From Alphaproteobacteria bacterium (GTDB lineage: Bacteria > Pseudomonadota > Alphaproteobacteria > RF32 > CAG-239): a stretch of 64,000 nucleotides of DNA. A program made the translations under genes and the position numbers. Position 1 is the first letter of the stretch; each line of letters opens with the position of its first letter. Below are positions 1 to 9,267 of the stretch, piece by piece. The notes under the pieces are model-generated. The model saw nothing but the letters and a program-made list of their open reading frames with translations, had not been told where the DNA came from and did not search any database. The DNA lies in assembly GCA_045643605.1 (NCBI GenBank), contig JAZULC010000010.1, positions 11,533 to 75,532 on the forward strand, in the 5' to 3' direction.

Positions 1-1
1 T

Positions 2-139
2 ACCGTTAAAAAGGCTACAACTAAAAAAGCACCTGCTAAAAAGGCTACAACAAAGAAAGCTACTGTAAAGAAAGCAACGTCTAAAAAGGCTGTTGTTAAG
101 AAAAACTCTACTAAAAAACTTGCAGCAAAGAAAAAATAA
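2..139 (+). CDS. 3' end of a gene encoding a Lys/Ala/Thr-rich tail (histone H1/HU-tail-like), partial
   Basis: Frame 2 reads TVKKATTKKAPAKKATTKKATVKKATSKKAVVKKNSTKKLAAKKK, with TAA at 137-139; a terminator follows. Confidence 0.5.
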   Translation, partial: TVKKATTKKAPAKKATTKKATVKKATSKKAVVKKNSTKKLAAKKK

Positions 140-162
140 TAAAAGCTATATAGCTATTTTTA

Positions 163-192
163 AGATTCTCAAATAATTGAGAATCTTTTTTT
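163..192 (+). terminator. Rho-independent terminator
   Basis: Stem agattctc (163-170) / gagaatct (179-186) followed by a T-run. Confidence 0.7.
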
Positions 193-288
193 ATGCAATA
201 ACTCACATATTATAAAAAAAGAGGTCTAACTGATATAATCAATTAAACCTCTATTGTTGTTTTTCATCAGCGAAAACCTAGGATATCT

Positions 289-1041
289 CTAACGATCGTC
301 CCTATTTTCTTTGAACAGATACCCCTTGAAATTAAAGCGATATGCCAAAGACACACCCGCACTCATTCCAAGCTTATGCGTATTCATGCCAAAGTCGCTA
401 TCAATACGACAAAAGGCTGTTACGGCAAGAGATGATCTACTTTCAAAGAAAGAACGTTGATACTCTAGTAACACACCCGCATAAGGTCTTCCGGCAGTTA
501 CAGAGAACATATAGGTCTTATTATCTGTGTTATACATTTTATCACAGACAAAGCCAAGTTCCCCACCAATCAAGAAGTGATTTTCTTCAAATGCACCCCA
601 ATTGGCAACATAACCAAGAGCCTCTACAGACAGTTTCGGAGCAAAGTAAATTCCCGTTGTATCGGTCAAAGCACCGTATTGACGCATAGCAACACCGATA
701 TTAAAACGGACATCGCAATTCATATTAGAATGACCAAACGTTATAGAAGCATCAAAAGCAGGGTAAACCTTACTAATGTAAGTGATATCAAAGCTTCCTT
801 TAATACCGGCATAATAGCCACCTCTTTTAAAAACGCTCGAAACGCTACCATCATCTCTATATTTTACGTCCAAGCGATAGCCCATGTCACTTAAAGCAAC
901 ATATAACGCTTCATTCGCTTGATCAACAGCTTCAACGGTTCTATGCATAGAGTCAAGTTCTTCACTACGCACATTTCTTTGGGAATATACTTGGGCAACG
1001 GCCATTAACAAAGCTACCGCTACCATAATTTTTTTTGCCAT
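289..1041 (-). CDS. Hypothetical secreted / possible outer-membrane protein
   Basis: ORF track; likely start MAKKIMVAVALLMAVAQVYSQ (signal-peptide-like); Gly/aromatic-rich alternating segments; GC-richer than the rest of the window. Confidence 0.55.
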   Translation of the reverse strand: MAKKIMVAVALLMAVAQVYSQRNVRSEELDSMHRTVEAVDQANEALYVALSDMGYRLDVKYRDDGSVSSVFKRGGYYAGIKGSFDITYISKVYPAFDASITFGHSNMNCDVRFNIGVAMRQYGALTDTTGIYFAPKLSVEALGYVANWGAFEENHFLIGGELGFVCDKMYNTDNKTYMFSVTAGRPYAGVLLEYQRSFFESRSSLAVTAFCRIDSDFGMNTHKLGMSAGVSLAYRFNFKGYLFKENRDDR

Positions 1042-1119
1042 AAATTTGTGATTTATGTCAACCAAACTTTAATCAAATGATTAAAATCGGTTGACGGTTT
1101 ATACTCAGGAACATTTTTA

Positions 1120-2421
1120 TTAACGAGATATAGTCATATAGACCGAACCTCTTAGCCAGACTTTGGTTGTTCCATCACCTAAATTCTGGACGGTACACTG
1201 CTGCAACATCGCAGACTTTGACGAGCCTTGTCCCATACTTCCTGAAGGAATAAGGGTATTAATGGACGAATCCGTCATAGACGCATAAGTTGTGCCGTTT
1301 CTGTGCCAATAAACACCTTTACCAGGACCACCGATTTCAATAACACCAGCAGCCCATGTGCCGTTCGGCAACAATACTGCAGAATTATAATCTGTAGGAT
1401 TACTACATTGTTCTACAGCGCAAAGTTTTTTGTTAATGTAAACAAAAACACTGTCTTTTGTACGAGCAATCAGACATTCAACAAGCTTGTTAGTCCGATA
1501 ATCACATGCATATGAGAATGTAGCGGAAAGAATTCCCACTGTATCCACAGGCACTGGAGGCGGAATAACAGGCAGAGTGTCAACTACAACCCATCCTTCT
1601 TGAGTAACGGTTACTCTTTCATCCATCGCAACTTCTGCACCAGAAACAGGTCTTTGTTTGCGAGTGATTACGAAAGTAGCCTCTTCCATCATCTTTTGTT
1701 TAACTAAACCACCATCGTGAATGGTATCGCTAAGCATAGTTTGATTGGCTTTCTCAAAATCTACATCAGTATCAATAGTATACAGCAAATTTGCAGTATA
1801 GCTACTGGATCCATCAACAGTATAGGGAGCTGTAACAGCTTCAGCAGAAGTGGAAACTACATATTTAGAACCACTATTGAGTTCAAATACATAATCACCA
1901 GATGCCGTTGTAACTGTGTGGCCATTTGGTTTCATACCGGTAGATGTCGGTTTTCTTTGTGGAGATTTGCTAACAACGGCAAACTTCGTAGAATCAACTT
2001 GGACACTTCCAGCTTGAGTGTTATAACCGTTAACTCCGTATGCAACCAAATCGGAAGCAACCGGAATACCGTCAATTTCCAACCATGTAGGTTGCAAATC
2101 CGAAACGGTAGCACCACTTTCAACTACACTGTGTTGAAGCACATACTTTTCCGTACGAATAGGGTCTTCTCCGGGAATCGTATCATGCACGGTAATAATC
2201 AATGTATCAGTAATTACAATCGTATCACCAACACTGATAGTATCATGCACAAAGATAGAATCTCTGATATAATGATCTACAACAACCGTGTCAATTTTCG
2301 TTACCAACTCCGGTTTAACCCAACCATTTTCTTCTTGAAATGCTTCACAACTCATTAACGAAGATGCTACACACAGGATCAAAAGCACACTTTGCAGTGC
2401 AAAAATAATACGTTTTTTCAT
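1120..2421 (-). CDS. Hypothetical lipoprotein
   Basis: Start MKKRIIFALQSVLLILCVASSLMSC with a lipobox Cys; no recognisable domain; GC-richer than the rest of the window. Confidence 0.6.
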   Translation of the reverse strand: MKKRIIFALQSVLLILCVASSLMSCEAFQEENGWVKPELVTKIDTVVVDHYIRDSIFVHDTISVGDTIVITDTLIITVHDTIPGEDPIRTEKYVLQHSVVESGATVSDLQPTWLEIDGIPVASDLVAYGVNGYNTQAGSVQVDSTKFAVVSKSPQRKPTSTGMKPNGHTVTTASGDYVFELNSGSKYVVSTSAEAVTAPYTVDGSSSYTANLLYTIDTDVDFEKANQTMLSDTIHDGGLVKQKMMEEATFVITRKQRPVSGAEVAMDERVTVTQEGWVVVDTLPVIPPPVPVDTVGILSATFSYACDYRTNKLVECLIARTKDSVFVYINKKLCAVEQCSNPTDYNSAVLLPNGTWAAGVIEIGGPGKGVYWHRNGTTYASMTDSSINTLIPSGSMGQGSSKSAMLQQCTVQNLGDGTTKVWLRGSVYMTISR

Positions 2422-2668
2422 ATAAAAAAAATTTAAATTTCTATTATGATTTAACAACTAATAATATTTAATGAGTACAACAACCATGGTAAAAAAACTC
2501 TCGTTCTTCGCCAATGTATATCTATAACAAATGATAATTAAAATAGAATCATAGCCACAATAATGTTATACCGATTATTAAGCTATCACATTTTATACAA
2601 AAATACAAGCAAAAAAGTCAAAAAAATTGACATTTTTGTCACATTTATTCTAACCTATTGTTTTTTAT

Positions 2669-3643
2669 TTATATTTTTGAGATTTTTTTAGCAATTTTTT
2701 CCGCCGGGTTAAGCATGCGAACTTTTTTAAATCTAACGCTATTTTTTTGTCCCAGAGGCATTGCTATTTTCCTTTGATACAGAGATTCAACAAATCTCAT
2801 ATGTTTATTTGTCAACCACTTCTGTCCGGTAAATATATATACGTTTTTACCGGTTCCCACGGCTTCAGAGCACATAGATACAGAATCACCTGTAACAATA
2901 ATATTTTCAGCCTCACTTAAAAAACCCATATACGGATTCTCTCCTTGTGATCCCCATAAATACTCATACGTTCTTGCACCGGCAAGTTTTTGCATAAGCA
3001 TTTTCTCCGATTCTATTCCGGTACGGCGTGATGTAGTAATCAACAGTGTACCTTGGTGATTTTCATAAAAATCATAAACTAGCTCACCTAACTTTGCAGC
3101 ATTTTCAGGACTAAATTTATGTTTTTTAATAGCGCCTCCGACAATTACTGCTGTCAAAGGTTTTGGTAATTTTGCAAATTTTTTGCTCCATTTTTTATGA
3201 GCTTGAGATAACGATTCATCAGTAATTTTGTGTGCACAGCCGACAATATATTCAACATTGGTTCCGCACTTTTTACCTTTATCATGTTCAGGAACAAAAA
3301 TAAGAGAAAATTCCTTCATACCTGCATTACCAGGATGCATAAGCTGTACAATTTTAGTTTTATTTTTAGATATTTTGCGCAAATATCTTGCAACAGGAAC
3401 TGTTCTGCGAGAAGAAGATAAAACAATATCAGGCAATTGTCCTTTTAATTGCTGGCGAGAATCGGCTTTAATACCTAAAAGAGTTTTTCCTCTAATGAAA
3501 TTAGGTAAGGCTGCCAAACAATTATATTCTAATTGTTTTTCTACAATTTCAAATTTATCCTTATCTAAAAAATACTCGACACCTCTGGCCTGATTAACAC
3601 TACCAATGCGATTATCAAGTAAAATCCATATTATTTTTTTCAT
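2669..3643 (-). CDS. ELM1/DUF1022-family protein (mitochondrial fission ELM1-like)
   Basis: IWILLDNRIGSVNQARGV, SSSRRTVPVA, VIVGG, TTSRRTG and VTGDSVSMCSEA resemble the ELM1-family pattern (from memory). Confidence 0.55.
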   Translation of the reverse strand: MKKIIWILLDNRIGSVNQARGVEYFLDKDKFEIVEKQLEYNCLAALPNFIRGKTLLGIKADSRQQLKGQLPDIVLSSSRRTVPVARYLRKISKNKTKIVQLMHPGNAGMKEFSLIFVPEHDKGKKCGTNVEYIVGCAHKITDESLSQAHKKWSKKFAKLPKPLTAVIVGGAIKKHKFSPENAAKLGELVYDFYENHQGTLLITTSRRTGIESEKMLMQKLAGARTYEYLWGSQGENPYMGFLSEAENIIVTGDSVSMCSEAVGTGKNVYIFTGQKWLTNKHMRFVESLYQRKIAMPLGQKNSVRFKKVRMLNPAEKIAKKISKI

Positions 3644-3718
3644 TTTTTTATTTTTCTGTTGGAATTATCTCAATTACGTTGTATATTACACTCACAAAAA
3701 TAAATCAAGGAGATATTT

Positions 3719-4018
3719 ATGAAATTTCTATCAATAATTATGTTGTCTTTATTGCTTTGTATAGATAATACTTATGCTCAAAGTGCCTCACAAACCGATG
3801 CAAAATATTTAGCAACATTGGCTGCCGTTATTAATGTAAAAATAAACGACAAAAGTTTATCCGAAGATTTAGATAAATTAAGAGAAAATCAAAATTTTAT
3901 GCAAAAATTACAAAAAAAAATAAATAGATTATCAAATGAAGAATCTTCTAACGCTCTGAACAGAAGAGTTTTGGATTTATTGCAAGACACCGGCAAACAG
4001 CTGGATCGCATGCTTTAG
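3719..4018 (+). CDS. Small secreted hypothetical protein
   Basis: Signal peptide MKFLSIIMLSLLLCIDNTYA; aggag SD upstream; helical, charged mature part. Confidence 0.5.
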   Translation: MKFLSIIMLSLLLCIDNTYAQSASQTDAKYLATLAAVINVKINDKSLSEDLDKLRENQNFMQKLQKKINRLSNEESSNALNRRVLDLLQDTGKQLDRML

Positions 4019-4089
4019 TTAATGATTATTTAAATATTTTATGCTTAAAAAAGTATAGTGAAATTTTTTATTTATGCGGGAGCTGTATA

Positions 4090-4392
4090 ATGAAGTATTG
4101 TTTGGGTTTGTTTGCTGTGTTATCGGTATTGGTGTTAAATGCATGTTCTTCTGATGTACCTGTAAAACAAGAGTTATATGAAAGCGATGAAGACAGATAT
4201 GCTCAAAATATTGTCATAAAAGACAGATCTACTGAACATTTTGTAATTGAATACAGAGATGTACGCATTGATGAGGTATCTTCTATCGCTGCAAAACATT
4301 GCAATAATTCCGGAATGAGAGCAGTATTACAAGAAACATCCCTATTCAAAAATAATCGTATGCGAGCAACTTTTGTGTGCGCTATCTTGTAA
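4090..4392 (+). CDS. Small hypothetical lipoprotein
   Basis: MKYCLGLFAVLSVLVLNAC lipobox. Confidence 0.5.
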   Translation: MKYCLGLFAVLSVLVLNACSSDVPVKQELYESDEDRYAQNIVIKDRSTEHFVIEYRDVRIDEVSSIAAKHCNNSGMRAVLQETSLFKNNRMRATFVCAIL

Positions 4393-4414
4393 TAAAGATT
4401 TTATATTCCTATAT
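4386..4414 (+). promoter_or_regulatory. Candidate RpoH (sigma-32)-type promoter for the cbpA-like gene
   Basis: CTTG (4386-4389), 18-nt spacer, CCTATAT (4408-4414); same geometry as the site upstream of dnaJ. Confidence 0.45.
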
Positions 4415-4450
4415 ATCCCTTTAAGAATATGATGTTTTAAAGGTATGAAA

Positions 4451-5377
4451 ATGGCTAAAAATTTATATGATATCCTTGGTGTAAATAAGTCATCATCAGA
4501 TGCAGAGATAAAGTCAGCATATAGAAAACTTGCTCGCAAGTATCATCCTGATTTAAATCAAGACAACAAAGCTGCAGCAGCTGAAAAATTCAAAGAAATC
4601 TCTTGCGCTTATGATATTCTCGGCGATAAAGAAAAACGCGGTCAATATGATCGCGGAGAAATTGATTGTGACGGAAAGCCTACTGCTTTTGGTGCCGGAT
4701 TCGGAGGTAATAGCGGGTTTAACGGATTTGGTGGAAATAATCCGTTCAGAAATTCTGGATATTATTCATCTAATAGCAACAACTTTGATTTTTCGTCAAT
4801 CTTTGGCGACGATATTTCTTCTATTTTTGGAAACGGATTTGGTAGAGGTGCAAAATTTTCTCAAAAAGGGGAAGACGTAAACTATACAATGACTATTTCT
4901 TTTTTAGATGCTGCTCTCGGTGTTCAAAAAAATGTAAACATTCAAAACAAAAATGTTAATATTAAAATTCCTGCAGGTACTATATCCGGACAAAAACTAC
5001 GGTTAAAAGGACAAGGGCATCCGGGAATTAACGGTGGAGAAAACGGAGATGTATTGATTACAATCACCGTAAGTGAGCATAAGTATTTTAAAACTGATGA
5101 AAATGGCAATATTTTGCTGGATTTACCAATAAGCATGAAAGAAGCAATTTTAGGAGCAAAAATTACTGTTCCTACTATTTTTGGTAATGTTGCCTTAAAT
5201 ATTCCTCCGTATTCTTCTTCAGGAGACAAACTTCGCCTAAAAGGAAAAGGTATCAAAACAACATCAAGACAAGGAGATGAATTTGTTACCATAAAAATTT
5301 TAGCACCAAAAACAAAAAACAAAGATTTAGAATCAGCATTACAAAACATTAACGATGAAACTATTAGGAATTTTTAA
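4451..5377 (+). CDS. cbpA: J-domain co-chaperone, CbpA-like (no zinc finger)
   Basis: MAKNLYDILGV...YRKLARKYHPD J domain, G/F-rich linker and DnaJ C-terminal domains; no CxxCxGxG repeats; an alternative start lies at 4445. Confidence 0.8.
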   Translation: MAKNLYDILGVNKSSSDAEIKSAYRKLARKYHPDLNQDNKAAAAEKFKEISCAYDILGDKEKRGQYDRGEIDCDGKPTAFGAGFGGNSGFNGFGGNNPFRNSGYYSSNSNNFDFSSIFGDDISSIFGNGFGRGAKFSQKGEDVNYTMTISFLDAALGVQKNVNIQNKNVNIKIPAGTISGQKLRLKGQGHPGINGGENGDVLITITVSEHKYFKTDENGNILLDLPISMKEAILGAKITVPTIFGNVALNIPPYSSSGDKLRLKGKGIKTTSRQGDEFVTIKILAPKTKNKDLESALQNINDETIRNF

Positions 5378-5943
5378 TGATACTTGCTCAATTACAGAAC
5401 TTTCAATGGTATAATGATCCGGAAAATGTAACATTTACAGCCTTGGGTATGCAAACAGAAAGCAAACCAGAAACAGATTTTTGGCAAAATGCTGCTGCAA
5501 ATATTCATAAAGATGACGGGCATTTTTTTTATGCCCCTAAATCAGAAAATTTCACATTAACTCTATGCTGGAATTTAGAAAAATACGGAGAATTTAATCA
5601 GTGCGGTATTATGATTAGAATTGATGAGTACAATTGGTTAAAAGCAAGTATTATGTATGAAGACCTCAACAAACCTGCCGTTGCTTCTTGTGCAACCATC
5701 AATGGATTTTCTGATTGGGCAACCCATAACTTACAAAAAACGCCTTCAAAATTATTTTATAGAATCAAAAGAATAAATAACGACTATGTTGTTTACATAT
5801 CCGAAGACGGCGAAAATTTTGAACAAATACGTTTAGTGCATATTGCTAACAACAGCAACCGCCCAATTCTTGCCGGTGCATTTATTTGCAGTCCTAAATT
5901 AACAGAATTTGCGGCAACATTAACCAGTTTAGATTTTGAATAA
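5377..5943 (+). CDS. DUF1349-like (concanavalin/glucanase-fold) protein
   Basis: WYNDPENVTF...TDFWQN...DDGHFFY pattern; start overlaps the cbpA-like stop (TAATG). Confidence 0.5.
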   Translation: MILAQLQNFQWYNDPENVTFTALGMQTESKPETDFWQNAAANIHKDDGHFFYAPKSENFTLTLCWNLEKYGEFNQCGIMIRIDEYNWLKASIMYEDLNKPAVASCATINGFSDWATHNLQKTPSKLFYRIKRINNDYVVYISEDGENFEQIRLVHIANNSNRPILAGAFICSPKLTEFAATLTSLDFE

Positions 5944-7008
5944 TCAATTTTCCAAATATAAATTACTCTTTTTGTAATTAGCAATCGCATGCCTTAATAA
6001 CACAGAAATTACTGCTGCACATGGTACGGCAAGCATTAAGCCTAAAAATCCAAGCAAAACACCTCCTGAAAGCAACGCAAACATAATCCAAACCGGATGT
6101 AATCCTACACTGTCGCCAACTAATTTCGGCGTTAAAAAATTGCCTTCTAAAAATTGACCTACAAAAAAGACCACTATTACAGCAGTTATTGAAGACCACT
6201 CATTAAATTGCGCAAAAGCCAAACAAATACTTACTAAAAAACCACTGATAGAACCTATATAAGGAATAAATGAAATTATACCTGCTAAAAATCCGACAAA
6301 GATACCGCCTTTTAACCCGACGAAAAACAAACCTATAGAATAAAAAGCACCCAAAATCACACAAACACTTAACTGTCCGCGAATAAATCCTGATATAGCT
6401 CTGTCAATCTCAAAAAATTGCTCTTTGATTGATTTTTTAGATTTTTTAGGTAATAAATTTTCTACTTTTTTTACAAAATCCGGCCAATCTCGTAACATAT
6501 AAAATGTAACTACAGGAGAAATTAACAATAAACTCAATAAATTTATAAACGCAAAACCGTTAGTAATAATTTCTTGAGCAACTTTGCCTATAAATTTAAC
6601 CATACCGGCCATATTATTTGACAAATACTCTTTAAATTTTTCTGCCTGTAAATCAGGAAAATTATTCTGCAATTTTACAAGTATCGGTTCTATTTTTTCC
6701 GACAAAATAGCAACATATTCCGGAGCATTGTTTATCAACAACATAAATTCTTCTTGAGCAAAACTAACGACAAATATAAATGTCGGAACAAGGACAATAA
6801 CAACAGAAAGCAAGGTCAACAGTGTGGCTACTGTACGATTTATGTGCATTTTTACCAATCTGCCGACCATAGGATCAAGCAAATAACCTATTACAATACC
6901 AACCACAAAAGGTAATAATACAGAACGTAAAACGCAAATCCCGTATACAAAAACAGCTATAATTATTAACCAAAAAATCCAATTACGGTTATTTTTATGT
7001 TCATTCAT
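5944..7008 (-). CDS. AI-2E family (PerM/UPF0118) transporter
   Basis: Polytopic membrane protein of 354 aa with a typical AI-2E layout and a conserved C-terminal GL.G..LAVP-like motif. Confidence 0.7.
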   Translation of the reverse strand: MNEHKNNRNWIFWLIIIAVFVYGICVLRSVLLPFVVGIVIGYLLDPMVGRLVKMHINRTVATLLTLLSVVIVLVPTFIFVVSFAQEEFMLLINNAPEYVAILSEKIEPILVKLQNNFPDLQAEKFKEYLSNNMAGMVKFIGKVAQEIITNGFAFINLLSLLLISPVVTFYMLRDWPDFVKKVENLLPKKSKKSIKEQFFEIDRAISGFIRGQLSVCVILGAFYSIGLFFVGLKGGIFVGFLAGIISFIPYIGSISGFLVSICLAFAQFNEWSSITAVIVVFFVGQFLEGNFLTPKLVGDSVGLHPVWIMFALLSGGVLLGFLGLMLAVPCAAVISVLLRHAIANYKKSNLYLEN

Positions 7009-8075
7009 TATTTTGTTCCTTTTGTTATTACATACATATTATTTTCTTTTTTAACACCATACCCGGCACTGAAAATAGAATAAGAAACTTGTTCCGGATT
7101 GGCAATAATGTGCAATAATAATTTTACCTTACCATTACCAAATGTGCGTAAAACAGTATCTTTTACTTCCGGCAAAGACGCAAGTATTTTACGCAATTCT
7201 ACAACTTCTGCAGGATGATTATATGCATACACAACCATCATTTCATTTTGACCGAGATTTGCTTTTGCCGGCTTTTTCTCAATATTTTCAGAAGAATTAA
7301 AAATTTCATTTTTAATACGAGCAATTACCATATCTTTGGCAATTCTTAAATTTTTATCATCAGGAGTACCGTACATACTGATATTGCTCTTTTCTCCAGT
7401 TTTAAGATTAACAATATCAACATTTAAATAATTAAAATCATCAGAAGACAACGAAACCGTATAAATATATTTTTGTGGATTATATTGTGTAAGAAGATTA
7501 GCCAGTTTTTTATCAGCATTCAAAAATTCCGTAGCCGTCAACTGATTACTATAATCAGCAGAAATTACCGAAAACTGTATATTTCTATCATAAACGACTT
7601 CTTTTTGTTGCCAAATATTATACCACAAATTATCATCTTCCCATAATTTCGGCTCAACAGAATTCTTTACATAAAATATTGGAATAATCGTAGCGCTTTT
7701 TTGTTCATTTAACATTGCCGGAATATTATTTTCTTTCATATATTCCAACAACAAATTACCATCTATGACTACCATTAATTTTGCAGAATAACGATAACTT
7801 GAAGATTTTTCTTCAGAAACCCCTACTTCCTTAATAAAAGTCAAAATCTGCTCATCGGTAAACTCCTCAAATTTAGGCAGATATTTGGTATCCATTACTT
7901 TGGATGCAATTTCTAAAAATGCTTTTCTGTTTGCAGAAGTCATTGCCTTTTCTTTTGCAGTTGAAGAATCTTTTTCTGTAATATCTTCATACACTTCAAC
8001 GGCATATTTATCGTTTGCCACTGCTATATTGCAAAAAGACATAAATACAAACATAAGCACATAAAATTTTTTCAT
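7008..8075 (-). CDS. Secreted hypothetical protein
   Basis: MKKFYVLMFVFMSFCNIAVA signal peptide, gaggaaa SD; stop overlaps the AI-2E start (TAATG). Confidence 0.6.
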   Translation of the reverse strand: MKKFYVLMFVFMSFCNIAVANDKYAVEVYEDITEKDSSTAKEKAMTSANRKAFLEIASKVMDTKYLPKFEEFTDEQILTFIKEVGVSEEKSSSYRYSAKLMVVIDGNLLLEYMKENNIPAMLNEQKSATIIPIFYVKNSVEPKLWEDDNLWYNIWQQKEVVYDRNIQFSVISADYSNQLTATEFLNADKKLANLLTQYNPQKYIYTVSLSSDDFNYLNVDIVNLKTGEKSNISMYGTPDDKNLRIAKDMVIARIKNEIFNSSENIEKKPAKANLGQNEMMVVYAYNHPAEVVELRKILASLPEVKDTVLRTFGNGKVKLLLHIIANPEQVSYSIFSAGYGVKKENNMYVITKGTK

Positions 8076-8230
8076 TTTGATTTCCTCTATCACAATTTTT
8101 TATAATTTATATAAAATATTTATTTTTTACAATAAAAAACTAAAAGTTTTTATGGACTTTAAATATATTAAGATGTTATTTATGTATAAAATTTGATTCT
8201 GGTAAAAGGAAAAATTATGGGAGTAGAATA

Positions 8231-9238
8231 ATGTCAACACCTTATTTAAATTCATTAATAACAAGAGCAAAGCAATTACATAAAACTATCGTATTGCCTG
8301 AAGGTGAAGATAAACGTGTATTAAATGCAGGATATGCTGCTGCAACCGAAGGCCTTGCAACAATTATTGTTTTGGGAGACGAACAAAAAATTACTGATTT
8401 TTATGCTAAAAAAGGTTCTATCCCTGCAAATTTAAATATTGTTAATCCATTAAAATCAAGCAAATTACAGCAATATGCAGAATTACTTCATGAATTGAGA
8501 AAAGAAAAAGGCATGAGCAGAGAAGAAGCTCTTGAAACCGCAAAGACATGTACTTTTTTCGGAACATTAATGGTAAAATCAGGAGATGCTGACGGTATGG
8601 TTAGCGGAGCTGCTCACTCTACTGCAGACACAGTAAGACCTGCTTTGCAAGTAATAAAATCTCGTCGTAAAGATCGTGGAGTTTCTTCATTTTTCATCAT
8701 GGTATCCGATAACGAACCTTATATTTTATCAGATGCCGGATTGGTTATAAATCCCGATGAAAATGAGCTTGCCGGCATAGCTGTAACTTCTGCAGAAAGT
8801 GCAATGCAATTTGGTATTAATCCTGTTGTTGCTATGTTATCATTTTCTACCAAAGGTTCTGCAAAAGGTCCTGAAGTAGATAAAGTAAAAAATGCTACAA
8901 AAATTGCTTTAGAAATTTTACACTCTGACGAGTATAAAAACTATCCGATTAAAATTGATGGAGAATTACAAGCAGATGCTGCTTTAGATTATTCTGTTGG
9001 CTCTAAAAAAGCTCCAGGTTCGGAAGTTGCGGGAAATGCGAAAGTGTTAATCGTTCCTAATCTTGATGCAGGGAACATTTGCTACAAATTATTACAAAGG
9101 CTTGGTCATTGCGAGGCATATGGTCCTATTTTACAGGGATTAAATGCACCTATCAATGATTTATCAAGAGGCGCTTTTGTTGATGATATTATCGGAACAA
9201 TTGCAATTACTTGTATTCAGGCAAACAAACAACATTAA
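8231..9238 (+). CDS. pta: Phosphate acetyltransferase
   Basis: Short-form PTA_PTB protein (IVLPEGEDKRVL..., GAAHSTADTVRPALQ). Confidence 0.9.
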   Translation: MSTPYLNSLITRAKQLHKTIVLPEGEDKRVLNAGYAAATEGLATIIVLGDEQKITDFYAKKGSIPANLNIVNPLKSSKLQQYAELLHELRKEKGMSREEALETAKTCTFFGTLMVKSGDADGMVSGAAHSTADTVRPALQVIKSRRKDRGVSSFFIMVSDNEPYILSDAGLVINPDENELAGIAVTSAESAMQFGINPVVAMLSFSTKGSAKGPEVDKVKNATKIALEILHSDEYKNYPIKIDGELQADAALDYSVGSKKAPGSEVAGNAKVLIVPNLDAGNICYKLLQRLGHCEAYGPILQGLNAPINDLSRGAFVDDIIGTIAITCIQANKQH

Positions 9239-9267
9239 TCTAACTACAATATAAGGAATTTATATCT

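Noticed and set aside
342-2358. + strand ORFs 342-689, 577-894, 1303-1515 and 1717-2358 overlapping the two - strand genes
   Set aside because: These are antisense shadow ORFs inside longer ORFs that have export signals. Their translations are low-complexity or odd in composition and lack SD sequences.
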